Part shown: in pieces, positions 27,008-39,535 of the stretch
How the letters are laid out: each line of letters starts with the position of its first letter
Position numbering within the stretch: the stretch's first letter is position 1
Assembly: GCA_964304625.1 (NCBI GenBank)
Contig: OZ199840.1
Coordinates: forward strand, 779,284-843,283
DNA length: 64,000 nucleotides
Origin: Kudoa neothunni
Lineage: Eukaryota > Animalia > Cnidaria
Direction: 5' to 3'
The notes under the pieces: generated by a model
The model's database searches: none
The model's input: the letters and a program-made list of their open reading frames with translations, nothing else
Told to the model about the DNA's origin: nothing
Made by a program: the position numbers and the translations under genes

Positions 27008-27781
27008 ATGAAGTTTACATTTGAATTTGACTTTGCAAAACCAATATGTGATCAGCTGAAAACCCTCGAGCTAATGGCGGTTGCTAACCAATGGAATGAA
27101 GATCAGCTCTATGCTTTTGCTGCCCTAGCCATACCTGCTGAGGATCGAATCTCTCTGCTTCCGAATGAGATAGGAGTATCCGAATTGGGTAAATTCAATG
27201 CACTCCGTAGAAACATTGTTACCTATGCTCAAAACAAGCAATGCCCTCTAGATTCGTGGAATAAATTGCTCTGTAGCTCCATAAGACCAGGCGTAAACAT
27301 CGACTCATATGTCAAACGTCTTCTTGAATATATGAAAATAGCGAGACCAAACATGAGTCAAGATGATATAAACTTTCTTTTGAGACCGAAAGTCATCGAA
27401 TGTGTTCCAAATGATACATTGAAACTTGTTTTGAAGGCTGAAAATAAGTTGAGTCTCGAAGAGATCATCGAAAAAGTGGAGTTGTACTCCAAGTTAGAAA
27501 AGAGAAATGACGTCTGCTGTATTGGAAATGAACCCGAAACTTCTAATGTCTCTGCAATTCATCAAAAATATAGATATAAGAACGATAACAAAGCCCATAG
27601 AACTCAAACGAACGAATGTTCACAATGTGGAAGCTTCAATCACAAAACATCGGTTTGTAGACGCGACGCAATCCGTTCATACTGTGGAAAACAGGGTCAC
27701 CTTAGAAGAATATGCCGAAGCTATTTGGGAAACTTAAGAGGGGGAACTGGAGGTCAAAAACGGTTTCCCCGACAACACTAG
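27008..27781 (+). CDS. gag: Gag with CCHC zinc knuckle(s)
   Basis: ATG at 27008; CSQCGSFNHKTSVC knuckle plus a second degenerate one (RSYCGKQGHLRRIC). Confidence 0.88.
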   Translation: MKFTFEFDFAKPICDQLKTLELMAVANQWNEDQLYAFAALAIPAEDRISLLPNEIGVSELGKFNALRRNIVTYAQNKQCPLDSWNKLLCSSIRPGVNIDSYVKRLLEYMKIARPNMSQDDINFLLRPKVIECVPNDTLKLVLKAENKLSLEEIIEKVELYSKLEKRNDVCCIGNEPETSNVSAIHQKYRYKNDNKAHRTQTNECSQCGSFNHKTSVCRRDAIRSYCGKQGHLRRICRSYLGNLRGGTGGQKRFPRQH

Positions 27782-27786
27782 ATCTT
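27727..27786 (+). promoter_or_regulatory. -1 programmed ribosomal frameshift signal
   Basis: In-frame slippery heptamer G GGA AAC, 6-nt spacer, 10-bp stem GGGGGAACTG/CGGTTTCCCC; pol lies in the -1 frame. Confidence 0.75.
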
Positions 27787-30700
27787 ACTTGCCTTACAAC
27801 ACAGAGCCCGGATGTTCCAACGCAACCTTGGACTACTTTAATTTCATTTCCTTATTCTTCTAAAACTTTCAAAGCCATCATTGACACCGGTTCTGCGTAT
27901 ACAATTATAAAGTCTTCAATTATACCAAAAAATTGCCCCTATCAACCAACACATTTGAACTTGTATACGGCCTCTGGGTCTCCTATAAAAGTCATATCTT
28001 TAGTACCCGTAAATGTACAATGGGATAATAAATTTTCGCCCTTTGATGCCCTTGTTACCCCAACCCTGGTTTATGATGCTATTATTGGTCGAGATTTTCT
28101 TAAGTCTACTGGTGCAAATGTATTCCATGATGGTGCTACCGATGCAATAACTGCTAATGTGAATATTTCGGATAACAATGCTAATACCAGTCTGAATAAA
28201 TTGGTAAATGATGTATTTGATGAATTCAAAACTGTTTTCGCAACAAGTGTCAATGATCTACTTACTGCAAAATCCATTTACCATACCATCGATACTGGCT
28301 ATTCAAAACCAGTCGTAACCAAGCCCTAAAGACTGCCTTTACATTATAAAGATGAAATCACCAAGCAGGTAGAGGATGCCCTCCGCAATAATATAATCCG
28401 CCCATCAAGTAGTCCCTGGTGCTCTTCTGTGGTTTTGGTTCCAAAAAAAGATGGCAAGACTAGGATGTGCGTGGATTATCGCAAACTCAACAATATTACT
28501 CAGCGAGATGAATATCCACTCCCCAGACTGGAAGATACATTAGACGTGCTCTCTGGATCAACTATCTTCACCACACTTGACCTTCAGTGTGGATATTGGC
28601 AGATACCCGTCCCGGAAGAAGATATTCCCAAAACCGCGTTTTCTCCTGGGAATGGTCTTGGTCTTTTTGAATTTATCAAGATGCCATTTGGCTTGTCGAA
28701 TGCTCCGGCAACATTCCAACGAGGAATGGATGCTATACTGAAAAATGTTCCTAATGCCATGGCGTATCTAGATGATATAATAATTTTCTCTCGAAATGTA
28801 ACCGATCATACCAAGCATGTTAAAACAGTCCTGAGGATATTGCTTCGAGAGAATCTTCGTGTTAATCTTTCGAAGAGTAAGTTTTACCAAAATGAACTTA
28901 AGTATCTTGGCTTTATTGTTTCGAAAAATGGCATCAAATGCGATCCAGAGAAAATCGACTCTATCTTGAAGTGGAAAACTCCATCTAACAGGGACGATCT
29001 CAGAAGTTTTTTGGGCACAGTAAACTTTTTACATAAACATCTTGAAAATTTGGCTGACGTTTCCGCTCCTCTGACACAATTGCTAGAACGATCCCATCCT
29101 TTCTGTTGGAATGATCAATGCCAAAACCACTTCTTGAAGATCAAAGAGCTAGTTAAACAATCTCCTGAACTGTGTTTTCCAGACCTTTCAAAAACCTTCT
29201 CAATTGAAACTGATGCTTCCAACGTGGCCACAGGGGCCGTCCTGTTTCAAGAAACAAAAAGATGCATTGTTGCTTATACTAGTCACAAATTAAACAAAAC
29301 CGAACAAAAGTATTCAACTATAGACAAGGAAGCATTGGCGATTATCCATGCAATAAGAAAGTTCAGACCTTATTTACTCGGTTGCCGTTTTATTATCTAT
29401 ATAGACCACAACCCACTTGTATATCTAAAAAATTCTAAAGATCCAAGTGGTCGCAGAGATCGATGGATTTTGGAATTGGAGGAGTTCGATTTTGAAATTA
29501 AATATATTCAAGGGAAAAACAACCAATGCGCCGATGCTCTCTCTCGAAGTATTGCTATGATAACACCCAATATTGATATTAGTACATTGATGTCTGAACA
29601 AAAAACCGATCCCATGATTGTCCAAGTTAAAGAAGCTATAGAAAGTGGAAACGTCAGGAAATTGAAAAGCAAATCTGCGTGGCAACTCTGGCAAAGAAAA
29701 CGAAATCTCAATATTGAAAATGGAATCCTTTATCATCAATCTAGAAACGGTAACCTTCCAATAGTCCCTAAGAAACTTCAAACTCATATGATCAACTGTA
29801 TCCACCAGGAAACGGCACATTGCGGTGTGAATAAAACACTTAACAAAATTCGAAAAACTTGTTATTGGACCAATATGGACGTTGATGTTGCTAACTTTGT
29901 GTCTAAATGTGAAACTTGCTACAAAATCAAAGGGGAAAACTCTAAGCCTAAAGCGCCCTTAATGCCGATACCTGTTACATCCCAAGCTTTCATGTGGCAT
30001 GCCGACTTCATTGGTCCTCTGGAGCGAACTAAGTTGGGAAATAGATATATTCTTCTATTTGTTGATCAATTCAGTAAATGGGTTGAAGCTTGCCCACTTC
30101 AAGTTATCGACGCCAAATCAACGGCGGATGCTTTAGTGAGCCTAATTGTATCGCGCCATGGAGTTCCTCAACGCATCCATACTGATCAAGGTAGTCAATT
30201 TGAATCTCGCTTATTTAATGATGTGTGCAAATCACTACAAATAAACCACAGCCATTCAACAGCTTATCATCCTGAAGGGAATGGATTGGCAGAAAGACAA
30301 GTTCGCAATTTGAAAACAAAACTCAAATCTATTCTTTATGAACAAGACACGAGAGACTGGGATGAAATCCTTGATTATGCTCTTTTTACCATCAGAACAA
30401 CTATCTCATCGACTACTGGTTACACGCCAGCTTCATTAATTTACGGTAGAGAGTTACGAACCCCAAGCCAAAATGTTTTTGTTTCAGAGAAAACATCGAC
30501 CTCCGATATTCATACTTATGCTAAAGAGTTAGAGAAAAGATTAAGAGTATTATCAAAATCAGCCTTATCAAACATTAAGCAATCACAACTGAGACAGTGC
30601 AAATATTACAATCGGAACTGCCGCCTAAAGTCACACCCGACTGGAGATTATGTTTTAATCAAAAAAAGAAAAGTAACATCATTATCACCGAAATATGAAG

Positions 30701-30966
30701 GACCTTACAGAATTATCAAAAGAAATGGATTGGTATACACTGTTCAAGATTCTGATGATAAATTGCTAAACGTACACTTCAATGATACTATTAGAACCTC
30801 GAAACCATTTAATAAGATTATGCCACCTCCTAAATCCTCCGGCTATTCAAACCATCCAATAAAGAATCCAACTACAATAACCTCAAGTGGTAGAGCAATA
30901 TTATTACCGTCAAAATATGATGGTTTTCAAATTTATGGAGGGGAGGAATGTAGCGTACCAACTTAA
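27727..30966 (+). pseudogene. pol: Pol (protease, RT, RNase H, integrase) with one in-frame TAA at 28327-28329
   Basis: IDTGS, YLDD, ETDAS, HHCC, HADF/TDQG/GLAER and GPY motifs; KP*RLP where KPYRLP is expected. Confidence 0.92.
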
Positions 30967-31547
30967 CCGGCAGCAGCCGGTTGATGATCGGATTATTTGT
31001 GCTTTGATAAAAAGGGGTTTTTATTAGCGCAAAATACATATTACACCCTTCAAGAAGGATTCTCATGTGTTTTGATTTTTCGAAATAGTTAACCTTAGTG
31101 AATTGTATTTTACAAGGTAAAATATAAATAGTTTCCTTAACGGCAGATTAGAGTAATGCTAATTTTTTCCTACTTTTTAGTATTTCTTTAGAAAACAATC
31201 ATAATAACAAAAAAAACAACAGATGACACGAATTATATCTGATATTAGATTTAATCGTCCTTCATGTGAATTATCCTCTGATGAAATCGGATTAAGAGTC
31301 TGTAATTTTTTAATAACATAAATGATATATATATATTTATTGAAAATACATAATATTTCGTATTATTTTAATCAGTTAATTTAAATCAAAATTCCTCCTA
31401 ACACGTTCAATTTCCCTATGGCGCAATGAATGATTGAGACCGCAGTAGGTTTTGTATAGAATATCCCCAAAAAATATTAAAGGATAAAACAACAAACGTT
31501 TTACGAGGAGGAAATATTGTGAAGAAGATAATATGTGTGTTTATGAA

Positions 31548-32128
31548 TTACGGAGTGGATGAACATTCATCTTTAGTTCTCTCATGTGGAACGGAGAACG
31601 TGATTTCTACTCTCTTTGGTTTCTTCTTAAATTTCTTCCCCATAATGGAATTCCATAGATTCTTATTCAAACTACAAGATTTTTGTGGATTTGATTCAGC
31701 CGTTGGTAGCTTACATTTTTCGGAAATATCGTCATCAGTAGAAGAAACTTTCTTTTCGTTTATAACGGGATCGTTAATTTCGGATGATGGATCATGTTCA
31801 GTAGACTTGATTTGGGTAGGTTGGATGAAATCGGTACTATGTGTTTTAACATTTTGGGGATCATCGGTATTGTACAGCGAGGTAGGGCCAGCTGGTTCAG
31901 TAAATTCGAATTTCTCTGTTTGCACAGATTCCATATAGGGGATATCAGTCGATGTTGGTGATGATGATGGTGTTGTTGTTGTTGTTGGGAAAATTTCGGT
32001 CAATGTTGTAAACGACTGATTAACATCGTCATATAAAGTAGATGAAGATGGTGAATTAGGTTGGTTTGTTCTTAATTTTGACGTATTTATTCTAATATTT
32101 TCGCACGATGAATAATTGGTAGATTCAT
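31548..32128 (-). CDS. Ser/Thr/Pro-rich mucin-like protein, copy 2
   Basis: Same translation as 15622-16202. Confidence 0.6.
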
Positions 32129-32629
32129 CTAATTTAAATAGTATTATAAATAATGATAACTATGAATTGTTGGTATTAATTGAAGGTGTATTAACCTTAA
32201 AAAGAGAGTTTTTATTTGTTTTCAGAAATAGAATATTATTATAAGTAAATACTTATGAATCACAAAGCGTTTACTGCTTATTCGATATAATTTTTGATAC
32301 AATAGAAAAATATTTAACCTATAAATAAAATAATAACTATAAAATTAATTATATACATTATTTTTCCGATAATATATTTAAAAATAATTATAACATATTA
32401 TAATTATTGAATTTTTATTATTGACATAGGTTTAATTAATTACGTTTTTATTTATTTTAGTTTTTCATTAATTATAACGATGTGAGTTTTTCAAACACTG
32501 CTTTCTATTAAATCTCAGAGTAAACTGCATGTGTGGCTACATTTACTACTTCTGAAACAGTTCGATTATTTCTACGGAATGGCGCTTAGTAGGGTCTATG
32601 TTTGATCATCATCTATTAATTTATTATGG

Positions 32630-33528
32630 AATCTTGTTGAGTATATTTATTATTTATTTTATTTAGACATCTTTGAAGTCTTTAATGCTGATATTTATGC
32701 ATTGATTTGATCACATTGGTCTGCCACAATAAGTTCATCTTGGTTTTATATCTGCATTTTAAGTTACCGGAGAGAACTAGATTTAGTTTTCATACTTATA
32801 AATGTCTTTAAATAACATCACGTTAATTTCATAATAATTGATGGCGTTTAAGACCGACTCAAAAAGGGGATTCCAAATGGACCCCATCGGCAAACCCGTA
32901 ATTTTTTCGCACACAGTAAGTTTAAAATCATAAACCAACCAACCAACCAATAGATACAGATTCTGATTTGGAGACACCAAAAGGAATTCATTAACTTTAT
33001 TAATAAAGACATATTGAAAATCTTCTATCTTTTTTAGCTCGTCAATTAAATCGACTCTTCCACTTGTAGATCAACATCCATATTTTCTCCCTTTGAGTTT
33101 TTATTACTTTTGTAGGGAACAATCGTTATAATGTTAAAATATCCAGTCTGTATAATTAAAATAGCATATAAAGCAGATCTTATTTTTACATCCAAGAACA
33201 TCATTATTTCAAATTCAATGTTTGATTTATTCGTTATTTTTTGAGAATATTTTACAATTTCAACTTTTGAGGTAGAGTTGAAATTTTTAACATCTATTGG
33301 CACATAAGCCATAAATTTCCTTGTGTTGAAGTAAATTCGTTAAGCACAAGCCAGAACTGTGAACAACAAATAAAATGCATAAAAACTATTGTTATTTTAA
33401 TTTTTCTAGAGTGTAATTGATGGAATATTTTACTTTCGTTATAAAGTTTGTATAGTACAAATTAAGTTTTCTAGAAATTGATTAATTTATGTTTTATTGC
33501 GATTTTACGTACCACCCATAAGTCACTG
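32630..33528 (-). mobile_element. pogo-like remnant, copy 2
   Basis: Duplicate of 16700-17601. Confidence 0.6.
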
Positions 33529-34645
33529 TATATAAATAAATAAAACTACTCTTTATTATAGCATTGTTAATTAATATATTTTGTAAGAATTCCAAACGAA
33601 ATATATTAATAAAATTAATCAATAAAATATTTTTCACATTCAAATTGATAAAACTAATAAAAATGTTTCTACAGAATTTTTTTATTCAAAAATTATTAAT
33701 GAATATTAAAGTATTTTCATCCTTATTAATTAATGTTTTTCACATCCATTAATAAATCTAAATTTTTTTAATACAGAATTTTTGTTAAACAATTTAATTA
33801 AGATTGAACTAATTTTCTCTAAATTATATCATGTTTCTGAGTAAATTTTATATAAGATTTGTGTTAATAATATTGATTTCTTGATTAAAAGAACAGTTAA
33901 ACCATTAAAATTAATTAATTAATTAATTATGACATAAATAGATATAACTTTAAATTATAGAAAATATATTTAGTGATCGTAATATTATTGAAGAGTAAAT
34001 TTAATAACAAAGTTATATTTTTTATAATTCAAATCTATTTGAATATTTCAAAGTGCTATATATTTTATGAGGGATTTAATTGCGTAGAGCAATACTACGT
34101 TATCTTTTACAATATTCATTTAAAATAATATAAGATTTTAAATTCAATTTTATCTATCTATAATTCGGATTAAGCTAAATTCTGTAACTGAATAAATTAT
34201 TGAATTATTGTTTAACATAAATAATTGGTAAATATTTTTTTCTCAACATTTAGTTGGATATATATTAATTTGAATTAATGTAATCATATGATAAAAGAAT
34301 TTGAAATTGTACAAAATTCTCATTTCTTAAATCCCTTCTATAATTTTTAGATATAAAAACAGAATATTTTTGAATAAAAATGAATATTTTTTGGCTTAAG
34401 TTACTTTTAAAAAAATAATATTTAATATGATTGGCTGAATAACTTTTATTTTTGCTTTTAAATTCTCACGGTTAAATTTAAATATTTAGTATTATTACTA
34501 TATAAACTGTAAGGATTTTATCATCATATAAAATTAATAATGTCAAAAATTTAAAATATGTTTATATTAATCGTTCCTGTTACGATAATTTACTACATAA
34601 ATTTTTAATGCTTATCATACTAACTTTAATAAGTTCTATTTCCAT

Positions 34646-35425
34646 TTAAATAACTATAGATTATTCTATTTACCGGAGTTTTTTTCTCCAAAAATAAATT
34701 ATACCTATAAACGTCAAGTTATTCCTTTTTGTGAATTTTATGAATTGATCTTCACATAAACTTATGAGATAATTATATATATTTGACCTCTAATGATTCA
34801 ACTCATATACACAAATAGATTTTATAAAATTACTTTTCCGTCTGTTATTGGCTCTTCATTATAATTTTTCATTATATTTACGGCCATTATTCTCTATATT
34901 CATCAATTAAATTCTTAAAACACATATAAAAGTATACAGCGCATATGATATCATAAATCCCCTTCTTGAAGAAATGAACTAACAAAATATTTTATGGTTT
35001 CGATTCATGCAATGATTAAACTACTTTTTTTGTTGACACAACATGCATTTATGCCGCATAAAATATTTTCTCTCATTTCCTTGAAATGTAAATTCAAATT
35101 TTGATTTATGTCTTTTGTAATATTTTTCTAAATGAACGTAAAAACATAAACAATTTTAAAAATACAAGTCCTGGAGCGTTCTCCGAATACATCTTGACAA
35201 ACGTATCAAGTATATTCTTCAATTGAACATAAGACGGTTCAGTTAAACAAACCTAAAAAATCTAATACAAAGATTAATTTTTTATATTGAAACCTCGTTG
35301 CAGTTTTCTTCAAAAATAGGAGAATCCATTAATGCCAATCCATAGGTAATACAAAGCACTATAATCACATTAACAAATTATTTGATATATTATTTACAGA
35401 AAATTAACAAATAATTTTTAAACAT
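34646..35425 (-). CDS. 8-exon secreted Cys-containing protein, diverged paralog A3
   Basis: Spliced product MFKNYLLIFLLCITYGLALMDSPIFEENCNEVCLTEPSYVQLKNIL...CGINACC...IICA RIM...LC has the same intron positions and phases and the same six Cys as A1/A2; last exon uncertain. Confidence 0.8.
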
Positions 35426-36299
35426 CGTAAGTAATCAATAAATTTTAATATTATAAAGCAAACGATTGTTTTATAGTTGCGACTCGAGATAATTTACCAT
35501 TGCATACAATGTTTGTTTATCTAGTTTTGATAATGAATATTTTGTGATTAATGATATTGAAATGCCTCGAATTAATTAAACTATATGTAGACCTAAAAAG
35601 TTAAAATAATAATTCATTAAATATTAAATCCGAAAATAATAAGAATTAAATGTTATTTTTCTTTAAAATTTTTTGCCCAAATCCATGATAAATGACATAA
35701 TTATCATGTCGGAATAATTGGCTATTCAGAGAAAAGATTGAAAATAATAAATTTAGATAAAACAAATTAACTGATAATTATTATTATATGTGATCATTCT
35801 TATATAACAAAAATTATTTGTATTAATAAATCTTTGAAATTATTTTATTTAGTTTGTGAGATACACTGATATTATTTAATATATATACAAATTAAAAAAA
35901 TTACATTAGCAATTATTAAGAAACGATCATTTAAAAATTTTAAATATTGAATTAATAATTATAAAAAATAATTAAAATACATGTTATTCTTATTTTTTAA
36001 TTAACTGATTTATCAATTATTTAGATATCTGTATATTAATTCTCATATCGAGTTTGTGTAAATTTAATCCACATCCTGCTATATCTTTTTAAAAATTGAT
36101 TGTATTTTTCCCAGAAAATTTATATTGATAAGAATTTTATTTTAAAAATTTTATATTTTAACTCTAAATTCAGATTAACAGGTATAAGCCTGGTATTGAA
36201 CCGAACTATACATTGAATCTTCTGTTTAAGGGTTCTGTCGATAGAAATACTAGATGGGATTTGATTTTTTTATTATTTAACTCTTCACTCACTGTTAAA

Positions 36300-37100
36300 A
36301 AAATTACGCGTCGTCCAGCATGAGGTACCTGCCGTACCCCAGCAAAAGTATACCTTAGTTAATTTTAAATTCATCGAAGTCAATGTAATTTAAACTATCA
36401 TGAACATATATATTAATAGACGTTAACGTTGAAAAATGTTTTAGAGCCTGTAATAAAAAAACTGACAATATTGCAAATACAATAAAATGCAGTTGCAAAA
36501 GTGTACAACCAACCAACCAACCAACTCGCGTATTTTTCAACCAAACAATGATCTAAACCATATGAACCAACAAATATGGTCGAAACACATATATACATAA
36601 TTATTAGCAAACATATTTGCTCGCCCTTCTCATTTTATCGATATAATTGGATTAAGTCTCCCCTTGGTTTGGATATACTTGCGTGTGGGTAAAATAATTA
36701 ATCTCTGAAATTGAGGTGTTTAAATCAAAGTATCTACCTGAAAATGAATGAGGTTAAATATAATAACAGCAACAATAATAGACTGAACTTTAGTATAGGT
36801 CCCATAATCACTCAAATGTGGCGCTTCGTCCTCCGTCTTCAGAAAAACGTATGTTTACTCCTTGAAGAAAAATTTAAGCCATTTTTTCTATTGACAATAA
36901 GATCATTTCTTAGTCACTTAAATAAAGTTGAACAAAACGGTAATTTTGGGGTGCGTGGCCCTCCCGTTTTGAGAATTGTTTACAGTTTTCTCATCGGAAA
37001 AAGTCAAAAAATCATATTTACTCTTTTTATTTGGCGCGAGGTCAAATTTTTTCCCCAGTCTTATACACGATGGCGTAATAAACACAATAATGCTTATTAG
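36300..37100 (-). mobile_element. Possible highly decayed pogo-like transposase remnant
   Basis: Only an AS..GWL..F-like motif and raised GC; no termini found. Confidence 0.25.
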
Positions 37101-39535
37101 GCAATGGCGAATTAAGAGGCTTATACTAAATGAGATCTCAATTGATTCCTTAAAATTAACAATATTTTTAAATTAATTCAAGACAAGACAAGAAATCACC
37201 TTAATAAATAACAAATTTATACAAATTGTGAGTATGCTCCAGCTGCCAGATTAGTAAAGTATTATTGAATTAACTTTCGTAAAAACCCAATCAGTTTTAT
37301 TTGAATGAAAACACGCCTTTTCGAGCTGGTAATCTAGGAATTTTAATTATTAAATGAAGTTATAGTATATATTAGATATAAATACAAATTGGCGATTCAT
37401 TATTTAGGAAATAATTATCTCACGATTTTTAATGGTGTATAATTTTTAGTTTATAAAATATCTAATACAATCTTTTTTTGTTTAAATAGAAACTTCATAA
37501 GTTTGTAAGGATATTCGAAAAATTCTGCGGAGAAAAAATATTCGTGCTTTGAGTAAAACAAAAAATGTTTCTTTTGGGGTATGACAAACACCCACCCGGG
37601 CTGGAAAGGTTAACATCACATAACAAAATACAAGGTTAAAAAGCTAGAACAAAATTAAGAGAACCACTCAAGTATTAATGTGAATTCGAACCAGCTATTA
37701 TTGAAACACTCTCGTAAAACTTTTTCCACTTCAATTATTAAAAAAAATTATTAGCGATGAAGTAATCACACTGATTTTAATTTTAACTAAAATATGTTTA
37801 TAAGGACAGATCATTCACAAAATCTCGTAAAAAGTTTTTATACAATATTTTTTAATTATTATTAAAGAATTCAATCATTGAATATATTTATAATAGAGTT
37901 ACTTTGCCTTTTAAAAATCATTGTTTGTTATTGTTAATTATAGATCTAGTCATATTCTATAATAAATTTTTAGCTTGAGTCAACGAAAATTTATTACGGT
38001 TAATAGTTGAATAAGATCTAATATTCAATAAAATAGAGTCGTAAAAAAAGTGCAAGTATTGGCGAAATTTAAGAAAACTTAATGTGTGAAATTAATAACT
38101 AATTTTGTAATACTTGACATTGCCGACGAACATCATCTTTAAATTTAGTACAATAAACAAGTTTTAGTATAGTTTTTTATCCTAAAAATTAATCCAAAAA
38201 AATATAAAAAGAAAGTGGATTAATACAGATGTTAACATAAGAAATTCCGTATAAATATAAAACTGAAGATTTATATAAAACATTGTACTGAATAGTGAAA
38301 TAAACAAAAGAAAATATTGCAATATAAATCTAAATTTTTATGAAAAAATACTGACCAATCACGAATAATAAAAATTAAAATGATACCTATTTATGACCCT
38401 TACCAAAAAATATTACAGTCAATGATTGGTTTAAGCACTTTTTAAAATGATTAAAATTAAAATTATCAAATATATAATATTTTTTTTGGTTTTTATTAAA
38501 GATTTGATCTAAATAATATAATAAGGTTGCTGATTTTGTCACTATAAAGCGCCGGACATACCTTCTACTTCCAACTCCTATGGCACCTTAAAAAACATAA
38601 ATAAAATTTTTTAAATGATTCAACACAAATCGATTATTGTCTTTATTTGCGAATTTATTAAACGGAGGTTAAAAAATTATCCAAGTTAGACAGAAAAAAG
38701 TTGATTGATCATGATCGCAATGGTGAAAGCTATATTTCAAATAATTGGACGAAATTTCTGTTACAAAAATAACTAATTATTTTATTTATAAGTGAAAAAA
38801 TTAGTTTTTTCTTAAATGAATGCAATTCAATTATATTAAATAGTTACATATATTATTATATGCGTGCTAGTAAATATGTAAAATTGGACATTACCTATTT
38901 TACACACATTTTTCCGCTATCTTGAAAAGATTACTCAAGTCCTGTTGACGACTGTGTTTTCATTTAAAAATGATTTAACGTTGTTACGGGAATTTGCGCA
39001 TTTTAATTATGTTATTTAATGAATAATTTAAAAATTATCTGTGATGCGAGCGCAAAACGATTCTTCTACTGTATTTTAAAATTATTATTAATTAAGTTTA
39101 TAATTAATTATATATATTTTTGTGATAATTTTCGTAATCGGCATAAAATATGGTACAAACTTCTTTTCACAAGTGAATATTGCATAGTAGATAGATGTGT
39201 TAACTGCATAAACATATTTGTTATTAATATTTAATTAAATTATTGTTTTAATTATATGGAAATGAGAAAAACATGAAAAAATATTTCCCAAAAATACAAA
39301 AAATCATACGTTTCTAAATAAAACCAATCTCTCATTTCTCTAAAATTTTTGTTCACACATGTATTGCTAATATTGTTCAAACCAAGTTTCTTTAAGCATA
39401 TATAATTTTGTAGAATAAACTATGGATTATTATATTCTAATTTTAGGTGACCTGAATGTTTATGGGATTGAAATAATGTCTGACTTTTCTAGATCTCTAT
39501 GTATCAATATATAGAAAAAGTTGTCGAATAAATAA

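Larger units (their letters stand above)
26890..31045 (+). mobile_element. Full-length Ty3/gypsy LTR retrotransposon (4156 bp)
   Basis: LTRs 26890-26986 and 30949-31045 (TG..CA, 2 mismatches), 5-bp TSD CCCTT, PBS TGGTGCCGAA (tRNA-Phe-like 3' complement), PPT GGAGGGGAGGAA, domain order PR-RT-RH-IN. Confidence 0.97.
18507..34144 (+). repeat. Tandem segmental duplication, copy 2 (includes full-length gypsy element and 543-bp extra segment)
   Basis: Colinear match to 631-18213, separated from it by about 290 bp of unique sequence. Confidence 0.95.
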
